Numbered from the stretch's first letter, positions 1-9,073 are shown. The stretch is DNA of 32,000 nt from Pseudoalteromonas tetraodonis (GCF_002310835.1 NZ_CP011041.1:1710001-1742000); one strand, 5' to 3'. Notes: generated by a model from the sequence alone, not told the origin. Translations and numbers: made by a program.

Positions 1-258
1 AAGGGTATATTGTTAGTCACAAATATGACACTTATGTGTTTTAAACGATGTATCGGAACATTTTAATAAAGTTAAATTGGTTAAAGTTGAGCAATAAAAT
101 TATTTTTAAATTAATTTATCATTGCATCAGCAGCTTAGTTAAAGTCAAACAAATTAATTGTATTTTGTGTTTGAATTAAACATTTTTGTTGGCTATTTAT
201 TAAATGTAGATGAACTTAATGCTACAAAAATATAAATATAAAGGTGAGGATTTTACCG

Positions 259-429
259 ATGAAGAGACAGAAAAGAGATCGTTTAGAAAGAGCTCATTCT
301 CAAGGTTTTAAAGCTGGTTTAGCTGGTCGCTCAAAAGAGCACTGCCCTTATCAACAAGTTGATCCTAAGTCTGAGTGGCTTGGTGGTTGGCGCGAGGCAA
401 TAGAAAATCGCAATATGTATAAAACATAA
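259..429 (+). CDS. rmf: Ribosome modulation factor (RMF)
   Basis: Translation MKRQKRDRLERAHSQGFKAGLAGRSKEHCPYQ...WLGGWREA follows the E. coli RMF pattern. ATG at 259 is preceded by SD AGGTGAGGA at 242-250. The track start (GTG at 244) lies inside that SD. Adjacent to fabA as in E. coli. Confidence 0.9.
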   Translation: MKRQKRDRLERAHSQGFKAGLAGRSKEHCPYQQVDPKSEWLGGWREAIENRNMYKT

Positions 430-448
430 ACTCACAACGAATTTAAGC

Positions 449-476
449 AAAAAAGCCTCTAGTTAGAGGCTTTTTT
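449..476. terminator. Bidirectional rho-independent terminator between convergent rmf and fabA
   Basis: AAAAAAGCCTCT-AGTT-AGAGGCTTTTTT. The 6-bp GC stem (455-460 / 465-470) is flanked by an A-run and a T-run. Confidence 0.8.
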
Positions 477-492
477 GTTGCGTGCGTTAAAA

Positions 493-1008
493 TTAAAACG
501 CGCTAGTGTCTTGGAATAAGCCCACTTTTAAATCTTTTGCTTCGTATATAACGCGGCCGTCTACTTCAACAGTGCCATCAGCCATGCCCATAAACAACTT
601 ACGTTTAATAACGCGTTTCATATCTAAACGGTAAGTTACTTTTTTAGCCGTTGGTAGAATTTGGCCAGTAAATTTAACTTCACCTACACCTAATGCGCGG
701 CCAAGACCTGGGCCACCAGACCAGCCTAAGAAAAACCCAACCAGTTGCCACATTGCATCTAAGCCTAAACAACCCGGCATTACAGGGTCGCCTTTAAAGT
801 GGCAGTCAAAAAACCAAAGGCTAGGGTCAATATCTAGCTCAGCAATAATTTGGCCTTTACCGTGCTCACCACCATCATCGGTGATAGAGATGATACGATC
901 CATCATTAACATGTTGTCACTTGGTAAACGACAATTTCCTTCACCAAACATTTCACCTTGACCACAAAGGATCAAATCTTCTTTTGTATAGCTATTTTTA
1001 GGTTCCAT
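493..1008 (-). CDS. fabA: 3-hydroxydecanoyl-ACP dehydratase / trans-2-decenoyl-ACP isomerase
   Basis: 171 aa. Has the FabA hot-dog motifs FFDCHF (active-site His) and [15 protein letters not shown] (active-site Asp). Length and synteny with rmf match E. coli. Confidence 0.95.
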   Translation of the reverse strand: MEPKNSYTKEDLILCGQGEMFGEGNCRLPSDNMLMMDRIISITDDGGEHGKGQIIAELDIDPSLWFFDCHFKGDPVMPGCLGLDAMWQLVGFFLGWSGGPGLGRALGVGEVKFTGQILPTAKKVTYRLDMKRVIKRKLFMGMADGTVEVDGRVIYEAKDLKVGLFQDTSAF

Positions 1009-1042
1009 AACACTTTATCTTTGCTTAGAAATTGCCCCGTAC

Positions 1043-1066
1043 TTTAGCGTACACTTGTACGCTAAA
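1043..1066 (-). promoter_or_regulatory. FabR-type operator (perfect palindrome) in the fabA leader
   Basis: TTTAGCGTACA-CT-TGTACGCTAAA. The core AGCGTACA-N2-TGTACGCT at 1046-1063 resembles the FabR palindromes of E. coli fabA/fabB (AGCGTACACGTGTTAGCT type). Lies 35-58 nt upstream of the fabA ATG. Confidence 0.7.
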
Positions 1067-1081
1067 CAACTCGGAGCAGTT
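1065..1081 (-). promoter_or_regulatory. FadR-like box abutting the FabR operator
   Basis: Reads AACTGCTCCGAGTTGTT in fabA orientation. By my count this matches 14 of 17 positions of the E. coli fabA FadR site AACTGATCGGACTTGTT. It sits immediately promoter-proximal to the FabR palindrome, as in E. coli. Confidence 0.55.
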
Positions 1082-1203
1082 AAAAAATGGTTTAAATATA
1101 GCCAATCAGTCAATGCAACTGATTTTAGTATGATTAAACCGCGCAATTACTAACAGAAATCATTATAATTAGGGCTGACTTTTAATCAGTTTAAAGGAAA
1201 TTT

Positions 1204-2061
1204 ATGACCCTTTTTGTTAACTCACTCACTGTGATTGATTTTTCTTACTTATGCAATAAACGCGGTGCAGTTGGCGAAAGTTGGATTGTTGATTTGACTT
1301 TACATGGCAAACTAAATGAAGAGTCTATGGTTTTAGACTTTGGCTTAGTTAAAAAGCAAATAAAAGGCATTATTGATGAGTGTATTGATCACCGTTTAGC
1401 TGTTCCAAATAACATAAACGGTAGCATTAATGAATTTGCTGATCATAAAACATTAGATTGTACATTTGGTGAGAATAAGCACCTTGCAATGAGTGCGCCT
1501 CATCAAGCTTTTTGCCTGATAGATACCGATAAGATAACCATTGAGTCGGTCACAGAGTATTTAATTGCCACAATACTGCCACAGCTTCCTGATAATATTG
1601 AAAAAATTGAACTGGTATTAAAGCCTGAGCACAACCAAAGTTTTTACTACCACTACAGCCATGGCCTTAAAAAGCATGATGGTAATTGCCAGCGCATTAT
1701 TCATGGCCATCGTTCACAAATAGGGATCAGCTTAGGTGGTATCTCTATGCCTCGTTTACAAAAACAGTGGGCTGATAAATGGCAAGATATTTACTTAGCT
1801 ACCAGCGAAGATCAAATCAGCGCCTCTGAATTAAAACACATTATCGCCAAAGAGGATGACGTGTGTTTTGCATATACAGCCGCGCAAGGTTATTTTGAAA
1901 TGGCTATTAGCGAATCGCGTTGCGACATTTTACCCATAGATACCACAGTAGAATGTATTGCTGAGTATATTGCCGGCCAAGTAAAACTGCAGCATCCAGA
2001 AAAAGACGTAAAAATTACCGCTTATGAAGGCGTTGGCAAAGGGTCAATTAGTTATGCTTAA
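1204..2061 (+). CDS. Two-domain 6-pyruvoyl-tetrahydropterin / 6-carboxytetrahydropterin synthase family (COG0720, T-fold) protein
   Basis: The C-terminal half has the QueD/PTPS zinc and catalytic motif FYYHYSHGL...NCQRIIHGH. The N-terminal half has the MVLDFGLVKKQIKGIIDECIDHRL motif typical of the second half of a T-fold unit. SD AAGGAA precedes the ATG. Confidence 0.55.
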   Translation: MTLFVNSLTVIDFSYLCNKRGAVGESWIVDLTLHGKLNEESMVLDFGLVKKQIKGIIDECIDHRLAVPNNINGSINEFADHKTLDCTFGENKHLAMSAPHQAFCLIDTDKITIESVTEYLIATILPQLPDNIEKIELVLKPEHNQSFYYHYSHGLKKHDGNCQRIIHGHRSQIGISLGGISMPRLQKQWADKWQDIYLATSEDQISASELKHIIAKEDDVCFAYTAAQGYFEMAISESRCDILPIDTTVECIAEYIAGQVKLQHPEKDVKITAYEGVGKGSISYA

Positions 2062-2872
2062 ATCCTTATTAGTGTCAGCGTTAATTGTATCAACTAGCTT
2101 TAGTGCTATAGCGCTTGAGCTAAAAGGGCATTTAACTCAAGGCGGCCTAGTAACTGGGCAATTAGATAACGCTAAGTCGGTAAGCCTCAATGGTAAGTCG
2201 TTAAAACTTGCTGATAATGGGTTGTTTGTATTTGGTTTTGGCCGTGATGCAAAACCTGTACATACATTAAGCTGGGTAGATAAAACCGGTAAAAGCCACA
2301 GCCAAGATTTAGTTATAACCCTTCGTGACTACAACATCGATAAAATAACCGGTGTTGCAAAAAAATATGTATCGCCACCAAAAGCGGTCAGTGAACGTAT
2401 TAGCCGTGAAGCGGTTGCGGTAAGAAAAGCGCGCGCTGTTAACTCTGACCTAGAGTACTTTTTACAGCCTGTGCTTAGGCCTGCCGAGGGCCGTATTTCA
2501 GGTGTTTATGGAAGCCAGCGTTACTTTAATGGTGAACCACGCAGACCACACTTTGGTTTAGACATAGCAAATAAAACAGGCTCTCCTGTGTATGCGCCGA
2601 TCAGCGGTACCGTGGTATTTGCTGAACCAGATTTATATTACTCAGGTGGCACATTAATTTTAGATCATGGTCACGGTGTTACCTCGACTTATATTCATTT
2701 AAGCAAGCTAGATGTAAAAGTGGGGGATAAAATTACACAAGGTATGAAAGTGGCTGAAATAGGTGCTACGGGCCGTGTAACCGGCCCGCATTTAGATTGG
2801 CGATTTAATTGGCAAGGTGAACGCCTTGACCCTGCATTATTGATGCAAGACACATTAGCAAACAAAAAGTAG
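2054..2872 (+). CDS. Secreted M23 family metallopeptidase
   Basis: M23 motifs HFGLDIA, LDHGHGVTSTYIHLS and TGRVTGPHLDW. Starting at ATG 2054 gives signal peptide MLKSLLVSALIVSTSFSAIA and an 8-nt overlap (ATGCTTAA) with the upstream stop. The track start at 2024 remains possible. Confidence 0.85.
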   Translation: MLKSLLVSALIVSTSFSAIALELKGHLTQGGLVTGQLDNAKSVSLNGKSLKLADNGLFVFGFGRDAKPVHTLSWVDKTGKSHSQDLVITLRDYNIDKITGVAKKYVSPPKAVSERISREAVAVRKARAVNSDLEYFLQPVLRPAEGRISGVYGSQRYFNGEPRRPHFGLDIANKTGSPVYAPISGTVVFAEPDLYYSGGTLILDHGHGVTSTYIHLSKLDVKVGDKITQGMKVAEIGATGRVTGPHLDWRFNWQGERLDPALLMQDTLANKK

Positions 2873-2877
2873 AGATT

Positions 2878-3312
2878 ATGACTCAAGTAGAGCGCGAAGC
2901 AATTATTGCGCAGCGTATAAAAGATTCGACCACATCGGTTACAAAAGCGGTATTTCCTGGGCGTACTAATCACCACAATACGCTATTTGGTGGTGATGCA
3001 TTAGCGTGGATGGATGAGGTTGCTTTTATAGCAGCTACCCGTTTTTGCCGTAAGCCATTAGTGACTATTTCATCTGATAGGGTAGATTTTAAAGAGGCTA
3101 TTCCAGCAGGTTCATTTGCCGAATTAATCTCAAAAGTGTCGCATGTAGGGAATACCAGCCTAAAGGTAGATGTTGAGATATTCCTAGAAACCATGCACAA
3201 AGATAATAAGCATTCTGCTATTACGGGTAGTTTTACCTTTGTTGCCGTGGATGATAACCACAGACCAACACCGGTAGTATGCGATAAAATGCTACATGGC
3301 TTTGAGTTATAA
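2878..3312 (+). CDS. Acyl-CoA thioesterase (hot-dog fold, YciA-like)
   Basis: 144 aa. Motif HHNTLFGGDALAWMDEVAFIAATRF is typical of YciA/BFIT-type thioesterases. Starts 5 nt after the M23 peptidase stop. Confidence 0.8.
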   Translation: MTQVEREAIIAQRIKDSTTSVTKAVFPGRTNHHNTLFGGDALAWMDEVAFIAATRFCRKPLVTISSDRVDFKEAIPAGSFAELISKVSHVGNTSLKVDVEIFLETMHKDNKHSAITGSFTFVAVDDNHRPTPVVCDKMLHGFEL

Positions 3313-3326
3313 CGCGAAATAGTAAA

Positions 3327-3360
3327 TTAATATAAGCACCAAACTAGGTGCTTATATTAA
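3327..3360 (+). terminator. Hairpin terminator candidate after the thioesterase gene
   Basis: TTAATATAAGCACC-AAACTA-GGTGCTTATATTAA, a perfect 14-bp stem. The tail is A/T-rich and there is no clean T-run. Confidence 0.5.
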
Positions 3361-3463
3361 AACCCATTAAGAACACATCATACTATATTTATTAATGCTG
3401 CAAACTTAGCATTAATGTTTGTTTGAGATAATGAGTAAAAAAGGAGGGTGTAAATTTCAAAAT

Positions 3464-3488
3464 AAAAAGGCGTGCACAAAGCACACCT
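3464..3488 (-). terminator. Rho-independent terminator of the MoxR/transglutaminase/permease operon
   Basis: Minus-strand RNA reads AGGUGUGC-UUUGU-GCACGCCU followed by UUUUU. It begins 9 nt after the permease stop. Confidence 0.7.
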
Positions 3489-3496
3489 TTTAAAAA

Positions 3497-4819
3497 TTAA
3501 AGTACCATGGCGGCTATCCAGCCGAATACCAATAGCGGTAAATTAAAGTGAATGAAGGTTGGTACCACTGAATCCCAAATATGATCGTGCTGACCATCAG
3601 CATTAAGGCCGGAAGTTGGCCCTAATGTAGAATCAGAGGCAGGGGAGCCGGCATCACCTAATGCGCCAGCAGTACCAACAAGTGCAGCGGTTGACATAAC
3701 GGAAAAGTTTAGCTCTAAACATAAAGGAACAAATAAGGTGGCAATAATAGGTACCGTTGAAAACGAGCTGCCAATTCCCATCGTTATAAATAAGCCGACT
3801 AATAAAATTACAGCCGCAGCCATCGGCTTATTACCATCAAAAATAGCGGCGCTACTGTGAACTAAGCTGGCTACGTGCCCAGTTTCTTTCATGACCGCGG
3901 CAAAGCCTTGTGCTGAGATCATAATAAAACCAATCATGGCCATCATTGCCACGCCTTTACTAAATACGTCGCCGTTTTCTTCCCACTTAACCACACCGAA
4001 TACACTAAATATAACCACACCAACTAGGCCGCCTAATATCATAGAGCCACTGGCATTTTGAGCAATTAACGACGCAACAACAGCAAATAAACCAACCATC
4101 ATTACTTTTTTGGGGTTATCAATTTCTGTTTGTTTACTCTCAACGGTAAGGGCGGTATTTGTATATTCTCGGCGTTTTCTATAAGTAATAAACAGCGCAA
4201 TTAACAACCCCACGAACATGCCAATAGCAGGAATAATCATCGCCAAAGGTACGCTGGTATTGACTATTTCAAGGCCATTATCCACTAGGTTTTTATGTAA
4301 TATAGAGTATAAATAAATTCCACCAAACCCATAAGGGAGTACCATATACGAGGTGGCTAAACCAAAGGTTAAAATACAAGCAATAGCGCGTCTGTCTAAT
4401 CGCAATTTGTTAAACACCACTAATAGCGGCGGAATTAGAATAGGAATAAACGCAATATGAACAGGGACTAAATTTTGTGAAGAAATAGCACAAATCAAAA
4501 TAATAAACAGGATAAAATAGCTGAGCAGGGTTTCACTCGAACCTGTTTGTGCATTAACTTTTGCCAATAACTTCGCGGCTAAAATACGTGTTAGGCCTGA
4601 CTTAGAAATTGCCACGGCAAATGCGCCCAACATAGCATAACTTAAAGCAATCTCGGCACCTGACGATAATCCTGAATTAAATGCATCGATGCTTTCTTTC
4701 AATCCCATGCCAGCGGTTAATCCGGCAACCAGTGCACTTATCGTCATTGCAACAATCACATTTACACGGACTAAAGTGAGTCCAAGCATTAAAATAACGC
4801 CGATAATTACTGCGTTCAT
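3497..4819 (-). CDS. YuiF-type Na+/H+ antiporter-family permease (possible amino-acid transporter)
   Basis: 440 aa polytopic membrane protein. The N-terminus [21 protein letters not shown] and the C-terminal [30 protein letters not shown] closely follow my recollection of B. subtilis YuiF-family proteins. Its ATG overlaps the upstream stop (ATGA). Confidence 0.75.
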   Translation of the reverse strand: MNAVIIGVILMLGLTLVRVNVIVAMTISALVAGLTAGMGLKESIDAFNSGLSSGAEIALSYAMLGAFAVAISKSGLTRILAAKLLAKVNAQTGSSETLLSYFILFIILICAISSQNLVPVHIAFIPILIPPLLVVFNKLRLDRRAIACILTFGLATSYMVLPYGFGGIYLYSILHKNLVDNGLEIVNTSVPLAMIIPAIGMFVGLLIALFITYRKRREYTNTALTVESKQTEIDNPKKVMMVGLFAVVASLIAQNASGSMILGGLVGVVIFSVFGVVKWEENGDVFSKGVAMMAMIGFIMISAQGFAAVMKETGHVASLVHSSAAIFDGNKPMAAAVILLVGLFITMGIGSSFSTVPIIATLFVPLCLELNFSVMSTAALVGTAGALGDAGSPASDSTLGPTSGLNADGQHDHIWDSVVPTFIHFNLPLLVFGWIAAMVL

Positions 4820-6795
4820 AGATTTCTCTGTTTTGTAGATTTAATTAATTTTATCAGATCTTTAGCCTGATTTTTACGATCTTTATTAAATGGATGCCTT
4901 GCATAGCGCACTTGCTTAAATAACTCACAAAAAGCGGTTATTTGTTGCTCTGCATGGGGAACTTGTTTGCTAATGTGTTCTAAAGTTTGAGTTGGCGTGG
5001 CATTTTCAGGACAGCTAATCGCGTGTTTATTAGCCCAACGAATAATTTCATAATACTCATTGACCAGTGGCGGTTGTTTTGTTGAGGCTTTAGGTCTGTT
5101 TAAATAAATAAAGTAAGCCGTAAAGCTCAAAATTAAAATAATAATAACCCCAAGTGGCACGAGCCAAATAAACTTATTACCAAATAAGGTAGCAAATAAA
5201 TCTTGTTGTTTGTCTTTATCAAACCCAAGCACCCAACTAGACCATTGATAATCTAAGTTTTCTAATTCAAGTCTAAGCCAATTAATGGCGGCATAGTTAC
5301 TTAAACTAACGAGCCCAAAGTTAATATTATTTTTGAATTCGTCATTAAGGGTAGCACTTTGTGACAAGGAGCCGTTTAACCGCTCGGGTGCGACAACCGC
5401 CGTGGCATCAAATATTTTCCAACCGGCACCGGTATATACTTCAACCCAGGCATGCGCATCGTATTGACGAATAGTCATGTAATCACTGTTTTTATTTAAC
5501 TCGCCACCTAAATAGCCACTGACAACACGCGCAGGAATACCTGCACTTCTAAAAATAAAGGCGGCGGCACTGGCATAATGCCCGCAAAAACCGCGTTTAT
5601 TATCAAACATAAACTGATCGAGCGTATTTTCGCCGCGCATGGGTGTAGGTGTAAGTGTATAGCTAAATTCATTTTTTGAAAAATAGCTTAAAAGTCGATT
5701 AAAAAATTCATCGGCATTGGCGCTATTATTTTTTAATTGTTGCGCTAACTGCTGAGATTTTTGATTATTACTAACAGTTAATTGGCTATAAAACCGCTGT
5801 TGGGACTTATTAAGCGATGTACTAGATAACGGTTCACTATTAACTGCATATTGTAAAACCTTGGATTTATATTGTTGTTTTCGTAATAAACCTAAAGTAT
5901 TGGCAATAACATTGGGGCTTTCACTGCTTGAAAAACCAAGCCCATATAGCCAATCTGAAATAGCAGGCTCAGCTATAACCGTATACTGAGCCTCATTTTC
6001 ACTCGTGCTTTTTTTAGCGGGTAATATCAACGCTTGCTTTAAAAAGGATGATGTTTTCCACGCTGCACCATCAAATTCATCATGTACAATAGCGCGCCAA
6101 TAATAGGGCGTAGGGGGTGGTGTACCATTAAATTTTGCTCTAAATACCAGTTCATCAGAATTTGATAACTTTGCTATATCAAACGGATCGACTTGTTCAG
6201 ATAATCCTGTTTGTGCCATTTTTGGACCGGGTAGTTGCCAAAATGCCGGAAGTTTAGGTAAAAATAATAAAAGTATTACGGCTAAAGGAAAAGCCAGTAG
6301 CATAATTTTAGCACTTTGTTTTGAAGAGAGTTTTAAGCTATGACTAGACTCTAATAACCCTAGCACCGCAAAGTTTAAAATATAGAAGGTGCTTATAACT
6401 AAGGTAGTAAAAATGGTTTGGCTAAACAAATATACCGCTGAGAGTGAAAAGAACGTAAGGGTAATGATCAATTGGTAATGCTGTTTTGATTTTGCCTGCA
6501 ATAATTTAAAAACACACGACAATAACAGCATGGCTACAAACAATACAACGGTATCTTTAAAGCCTATGCTGCTTAGCATAATAATTAATGCAATGGCGGC
6601 CAATCCATTAGCAAACCACGCGTTGGGTTTCTGCTTTTGTTTAACTGTTAAATAAATATTCCAGCCACATAACACACTAAGCATTGCAATAAAGGGCAGG
6701 GGTAAGTGTTCTGTAAAAAAACTGACTAGCCCTAAATAAATAAACGATAGAGCAAAGTTAATAACGCGATGGTTTTTAATCTCATTCATTATCAT
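4816..6795 (-). CDS. TgpA-like membrane transglutaminase (DUF3488 N-terminal TM domain + transglutaminase core)
   Basis: Multi-TM N-terminus. Cys-His-Asp core readable as [21 protein letters not shown] and KIFDAT. A late TM helix is followed by a cytoplasmic tail. Alternative ATG at 6789. Confidence 0.85.
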   Translation of the reverse strand: MIMNEIKNHRVINFALSFIYLGLVSFFTEHLPLPFIAMLSVLCGWNIYLTVKQKQKPNAWFANGLAAIALIIMLSSIGFKDTVVLFVAMLLLSCVFKLLQAKSKQHYQLIITLTFFSLSAVYLFSQTIFTTLVISTFYILNFAVLGLLESSHSLKLSSKQSAKIMLLAFPLAVILLLFLPKLPAFWQLPGPKMAQTGLSEQVDPFDIAKLSNSDELVFRAKFNGTPPPTPYYWRAIVHDEFDGAAWKTSSFLKQALILPAKKSTSENEAQYTVIAEPAISDWLYGLGFSSSESPNVIANTLGLLRKQQYKSKVLQYAVNSEPLSSTSLNKSQQRFYSQLTVSNNQKSQQLAQQLKNNSANADEFFNRLLSYFSKNEFSYTLTPTPMRGENTLDQFMFDNKRGFCGHYASAAAFIFRSAGIPARVVSGYLGGELNKNSDYMTIRQYDAHAWVEVYTGAGWKIFDATAVVAPERLNGSLSQSATLNDEFKNNINFGLVSLSNYAAINWLRLELENLDYQWSSWVLGFDKDKQQDLFATLFGNKFIWLVPLGVIIILILSFTAYFIYLNRPKASTKQPPLVNEYYEIIRWANKHAISCPENATPTQTLEHISKQVPHAEQQITAFCELFKQVRYARHPFNKDRKNQAKDLIKLIKSTKQRNL

Positions 6796-7771
6796 TACCG
6801 ACTTGGCTTAACGCTTGTAAACAACGCTGATAATGCAGCTTGCCTGAATTGGTGGTGATTAATTTATTAGGAAGTTTTAAAGAATAATTAATATCACTTT
6901 CAAATGCTTGGCAAACTAAAAAACAGAGTTGCCCTAAACGCTCTTCAGTATCGCCCGTGACTAAGTTAAAATCGAATTGTGCATCCGCTGATTTAAAATC
7001 ACTAAATTGTTTTACAAGTAATTGCTGTGTTTTTGCATAGTGCTTCCATGATATTCGCTGTAACCCCATTTCTGGCAAATGAGTAATTAAACTTTCAAAT
7101 TCATCATCACCTTTATGTTTTTCAGTGCCTTCATCGGTATTATTTGCAACTAAGTTTTGGTGTTTTTGATTTGTTGTTTTAATTATTGACGGATAAACAT
7201 ACACTGCTTTATTCGGTTGTATATAACTCCACACACTGACTAAACCAAAGGGGTAATTACTGGCAATTTTTATTGGCTTTAACTTGTAACAGCCTCGCTT
7301 GGTGTAAGGTAATGATAATTGGCATTTTATTACTTCATTTTTAACGCGCGTAATGTAACACGCATTTTTTAAATCCTTGGGGTAACTCAATGTAATGGAT
7401 TGGCAAGGATCATCGGCTTCTATTTGCCAAACTAGCTGTGGTGTCTGAGGCGCAAAACTGTCAATGGCGTATTTAAAGCTGACAGTTAAACCTCTGGCAT
7501 TACTGTAGCCCAATAACAATGCAAAAATTATAATTACAAACATTAAATAAGCCATAAACAGAATTAAATTATTTTGATAATTAATCCCCATTACAAAATT
7601 TAATGATGCAACAACGCTAAAGTAAACGCCAAGCGTGGATGGTAAAACATAAATAGTATTATGTTTTAAGGTGATGCTATTTTTTTTGTGCTTATTTTTT
7701 AATAAGGCAGTTAAAATCGCGCTTTTTATATCGTGAATAAAAGTAGGGCGCTTAAATTTATAAATACGCAT
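6782..7771 (-). CDS. DUF58 family protein (MoxR-associated)
   Basis: 329 aa with an N-terminal TM hairpin. Sits in the canonical position between a MoxR ATPase and a TgpA-type transglutaminase. The call rests mostly on context and architecture. Confidence 0.65.
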   Translation of the reverse strand: MRIYKFKRPTFIHDIKSAILTALLKNKHKKNSITLKHNTIYVLPSTLGVYFSVVASLNFVMGINYQNNLILFMAYLMFVIIIFALLLGYSNARGLTVSFKYAIDSFAPQTPQLVWQIEADDPCQSITLSYPKDLKNACYITRVKNEVIKCQLSLPYTKRGCYKLKPIKIASNYPFGLVSVWSYIQPNKAVYVYPSIIKTTNQKHQNLVANNTDEGTEKHKGDDEFESLITHLPEMGLQRISWKHYAKTQQLLVKQFSDFKSADAQFDFNLVTGDTEERLGQLCFLVCQAFESDINYSLKLPNKLITTNSGKLHYQRCLQALSQVGNDNE

Positions 7772-7775
7772 TTAC

Positions 7776-8681
7776 CTAAACGGGCACTAAAACATGTTTT
7801 AAAATGGCCGCTATTTGTATATCGCCCGCATCACTATGTAAACCTAATCGATGCTGACACACACTTGAAAAAACAGCCTGTACATCTTCGGGTAGTACAT
7901 AATCACGGCCTTCAATATAAGCCCACGCTTTGGCCGATTTAGCCAGTGCCATACTGGCTCTTGGGGAAAGCGAAGTCGTTAATGTTTGAGACTCACGAGT
8001 ATAAGTCACTAACTCAATTATATAATCAACCACTGGCGAACTTAGCGTGATATTTGATATAGCATCTTGAATTTGCTTAAGTTGATGTTGTTCAATTCGC
8101 TGCGGTAACTGCGAATAATCACGTTTTAGATTATTTAACAGTAACCGTTTTTCTGCATCTTTAGGTGGAAACCCTAAACTTATTCGCATTAAAAAACGAT
8201 CTAGTTGTGATTCTGGTAACGGGTATGTACCTGCCTGATATAATGGATTTTGAGTCGCAATTACAAAAAATGGAGTAGGGAGCGGGTACTTGTCTCCATC
8301 TACTGTTACTTGATGTTCTTCCATCGCCTCCAATAAAGCACTTTGTGTTTTAGGGCCCGCGCGATTTATTTCATCAGCGAGCACCACTTGGCTGAAAATT
8401 GGGCCTTTATGAAATGAAAAACTATGTTCATTATTATTAAATATATTGGTGCCAATAATATCAGCGGGCAATAAATCGCTGGTAAATTGTATACGCTGAT
8501 AAGATAACCCCAGAACTGCAGCTAATGCATGCGACAAAGTGGTTTTTCCCATGCCGGGTAAGTCTTCAATTAGTAAATGGCCTTCACTAAATAAACAGGC
8601 TAACGCTAATTTTATTTGTTGTTGTTTACCAAATATAACGGTAGATAGGTCATCAATTATTGTCGTAACAATGTGCTGCAT
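7776..8681 (-). CDS. MoxR-family AAA+ ATPase
   Basis: Walker A LPGMGKTT, Walker B and sensor LADEINRAGPKTQSALLEAMEE, then QVTVDG and ATQNP motifs typical of MoxR (AAA_3). Confidence 0.9.
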   Translation of the reverse strand: MQHIVTTIIDDLSTVIFGKQQQIKLALACLFSEGHLLIEDLPGMGKTTLSHALAAVLGLSYQRIQFTSDLLPADIIGTNIFNNNEHSFSFHKGPIFSQVVLADEINRAGPKTQSALLEAMEEHQVTVDGDKYPLPTPFFVIATQNPLYQAGTYPLPESQLDRFLMRISLGFPPKDAEKRLLLNNLKRDYSQLPQRIEQHQLKQIQDAISNITLSSPVVDYIIELVTYTRESQTLTTSLSPRASMALAKSAKAWAYIEGRDYVLPEDVQAVFSSVCQHRLGLHSDAGDIQIAAILKHVLVPV

Positions 8682-8689
8682 AATTTCCT

Positions 8690-9073
8690 TTAATCTATGA
8701 GTTCTAAACGTTTCATTACCGCATCAACTTTTTGCGCGTTAAAGGGCTTAGCTATAAATTCTTTTGCGCCTAGCTCCCAGGTATTTTGCACTGTTTCAAA
8801 GCTATTGTGGCCTGAACACATAACAACATGTGCATGAGGGTGTTCGTTGTTAATTGACTCTAAAATTTCAATGCTTTCAGAATCAGGTAAATCAACATCT
8901 AAGAATATAACGTTGGGTGATTTTTCAATAAGCAGAGGTTTAGCACAATTAAAATTATCGCACTCAATAATGTCATCAAAACCTAAACCGGCTAATACTT
9001 GGCTTAAATCAGCGCGGATCTGTTTAACATCATCAATAATTAAAATTGGTTCGAGTGGGCGTACAAATTCCAT
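8690..9073 (-). CDS. Stand-alone CheY-like response regulator receiver
   Basis: 127 aa with the receiver signature intact: IIDD, IFLDVDLP (acceptor Asp), MCSG (Thr/Ser position) and AKPF (Lys-Pro). No output domain. Confidence 0.85.
   Translation of the reverse strand: MEFVRPLEPILIIDDVKQIRADLSQVLAGLGFDDIIECDNFNCAKPLLIEKSPNVIFLDVDLPDSESIEILESINNEHPHAHVVMCSGHNSFETVQNTWELGAKEFIAKPFNAQKVDAVMKRLELID

Noticed and set aside
166-186. Possible CRP site (TGTGT-N6-TAAAC) upstream of rmf, whose E. coli orthologue is cAMP-CRP activated.
   Set aside because: The second half-site matches TCACA at only 2 of 5 positions. This cannot be told apart from chance in AT-rich DNA.
244-258. GTG start at 244 for rmf, as given in the ORF track.
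   Set aside because: The GTG is part of the AGGTGAGGA Shine-Dalgarno. ATG at 259 gives the canonical MKRQKRDRLERAH N-terminus of RMF.
1104-1124. Inverted repeat AATCAGT-CAATGCA-ACTGATT in the fabA / PTPS-like divergent region, considered as a second operator.
   Set aside because: It has only 7-bp arms and matches no regulator consensus I can name. It could be real but cannot be supported from sequence alone.
3431-3493. 20-aa ORF MSKKGGCKFQNKKACTKHTF overlapping the operon terminator.
   Set aside because: Its sequence is dictated by the terminator stem and the A/T runs, and it has no SD upstream.
6781-6800. Fur-box-like AATGATAATGAAT at the DUF58/transglutaminase overlap.
   Set aside because: It lies inside overlapping coding sequence in the middle of an operon. 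It is explained by the codons GNDNE-stop and MIMNE in AT-rich DNA.
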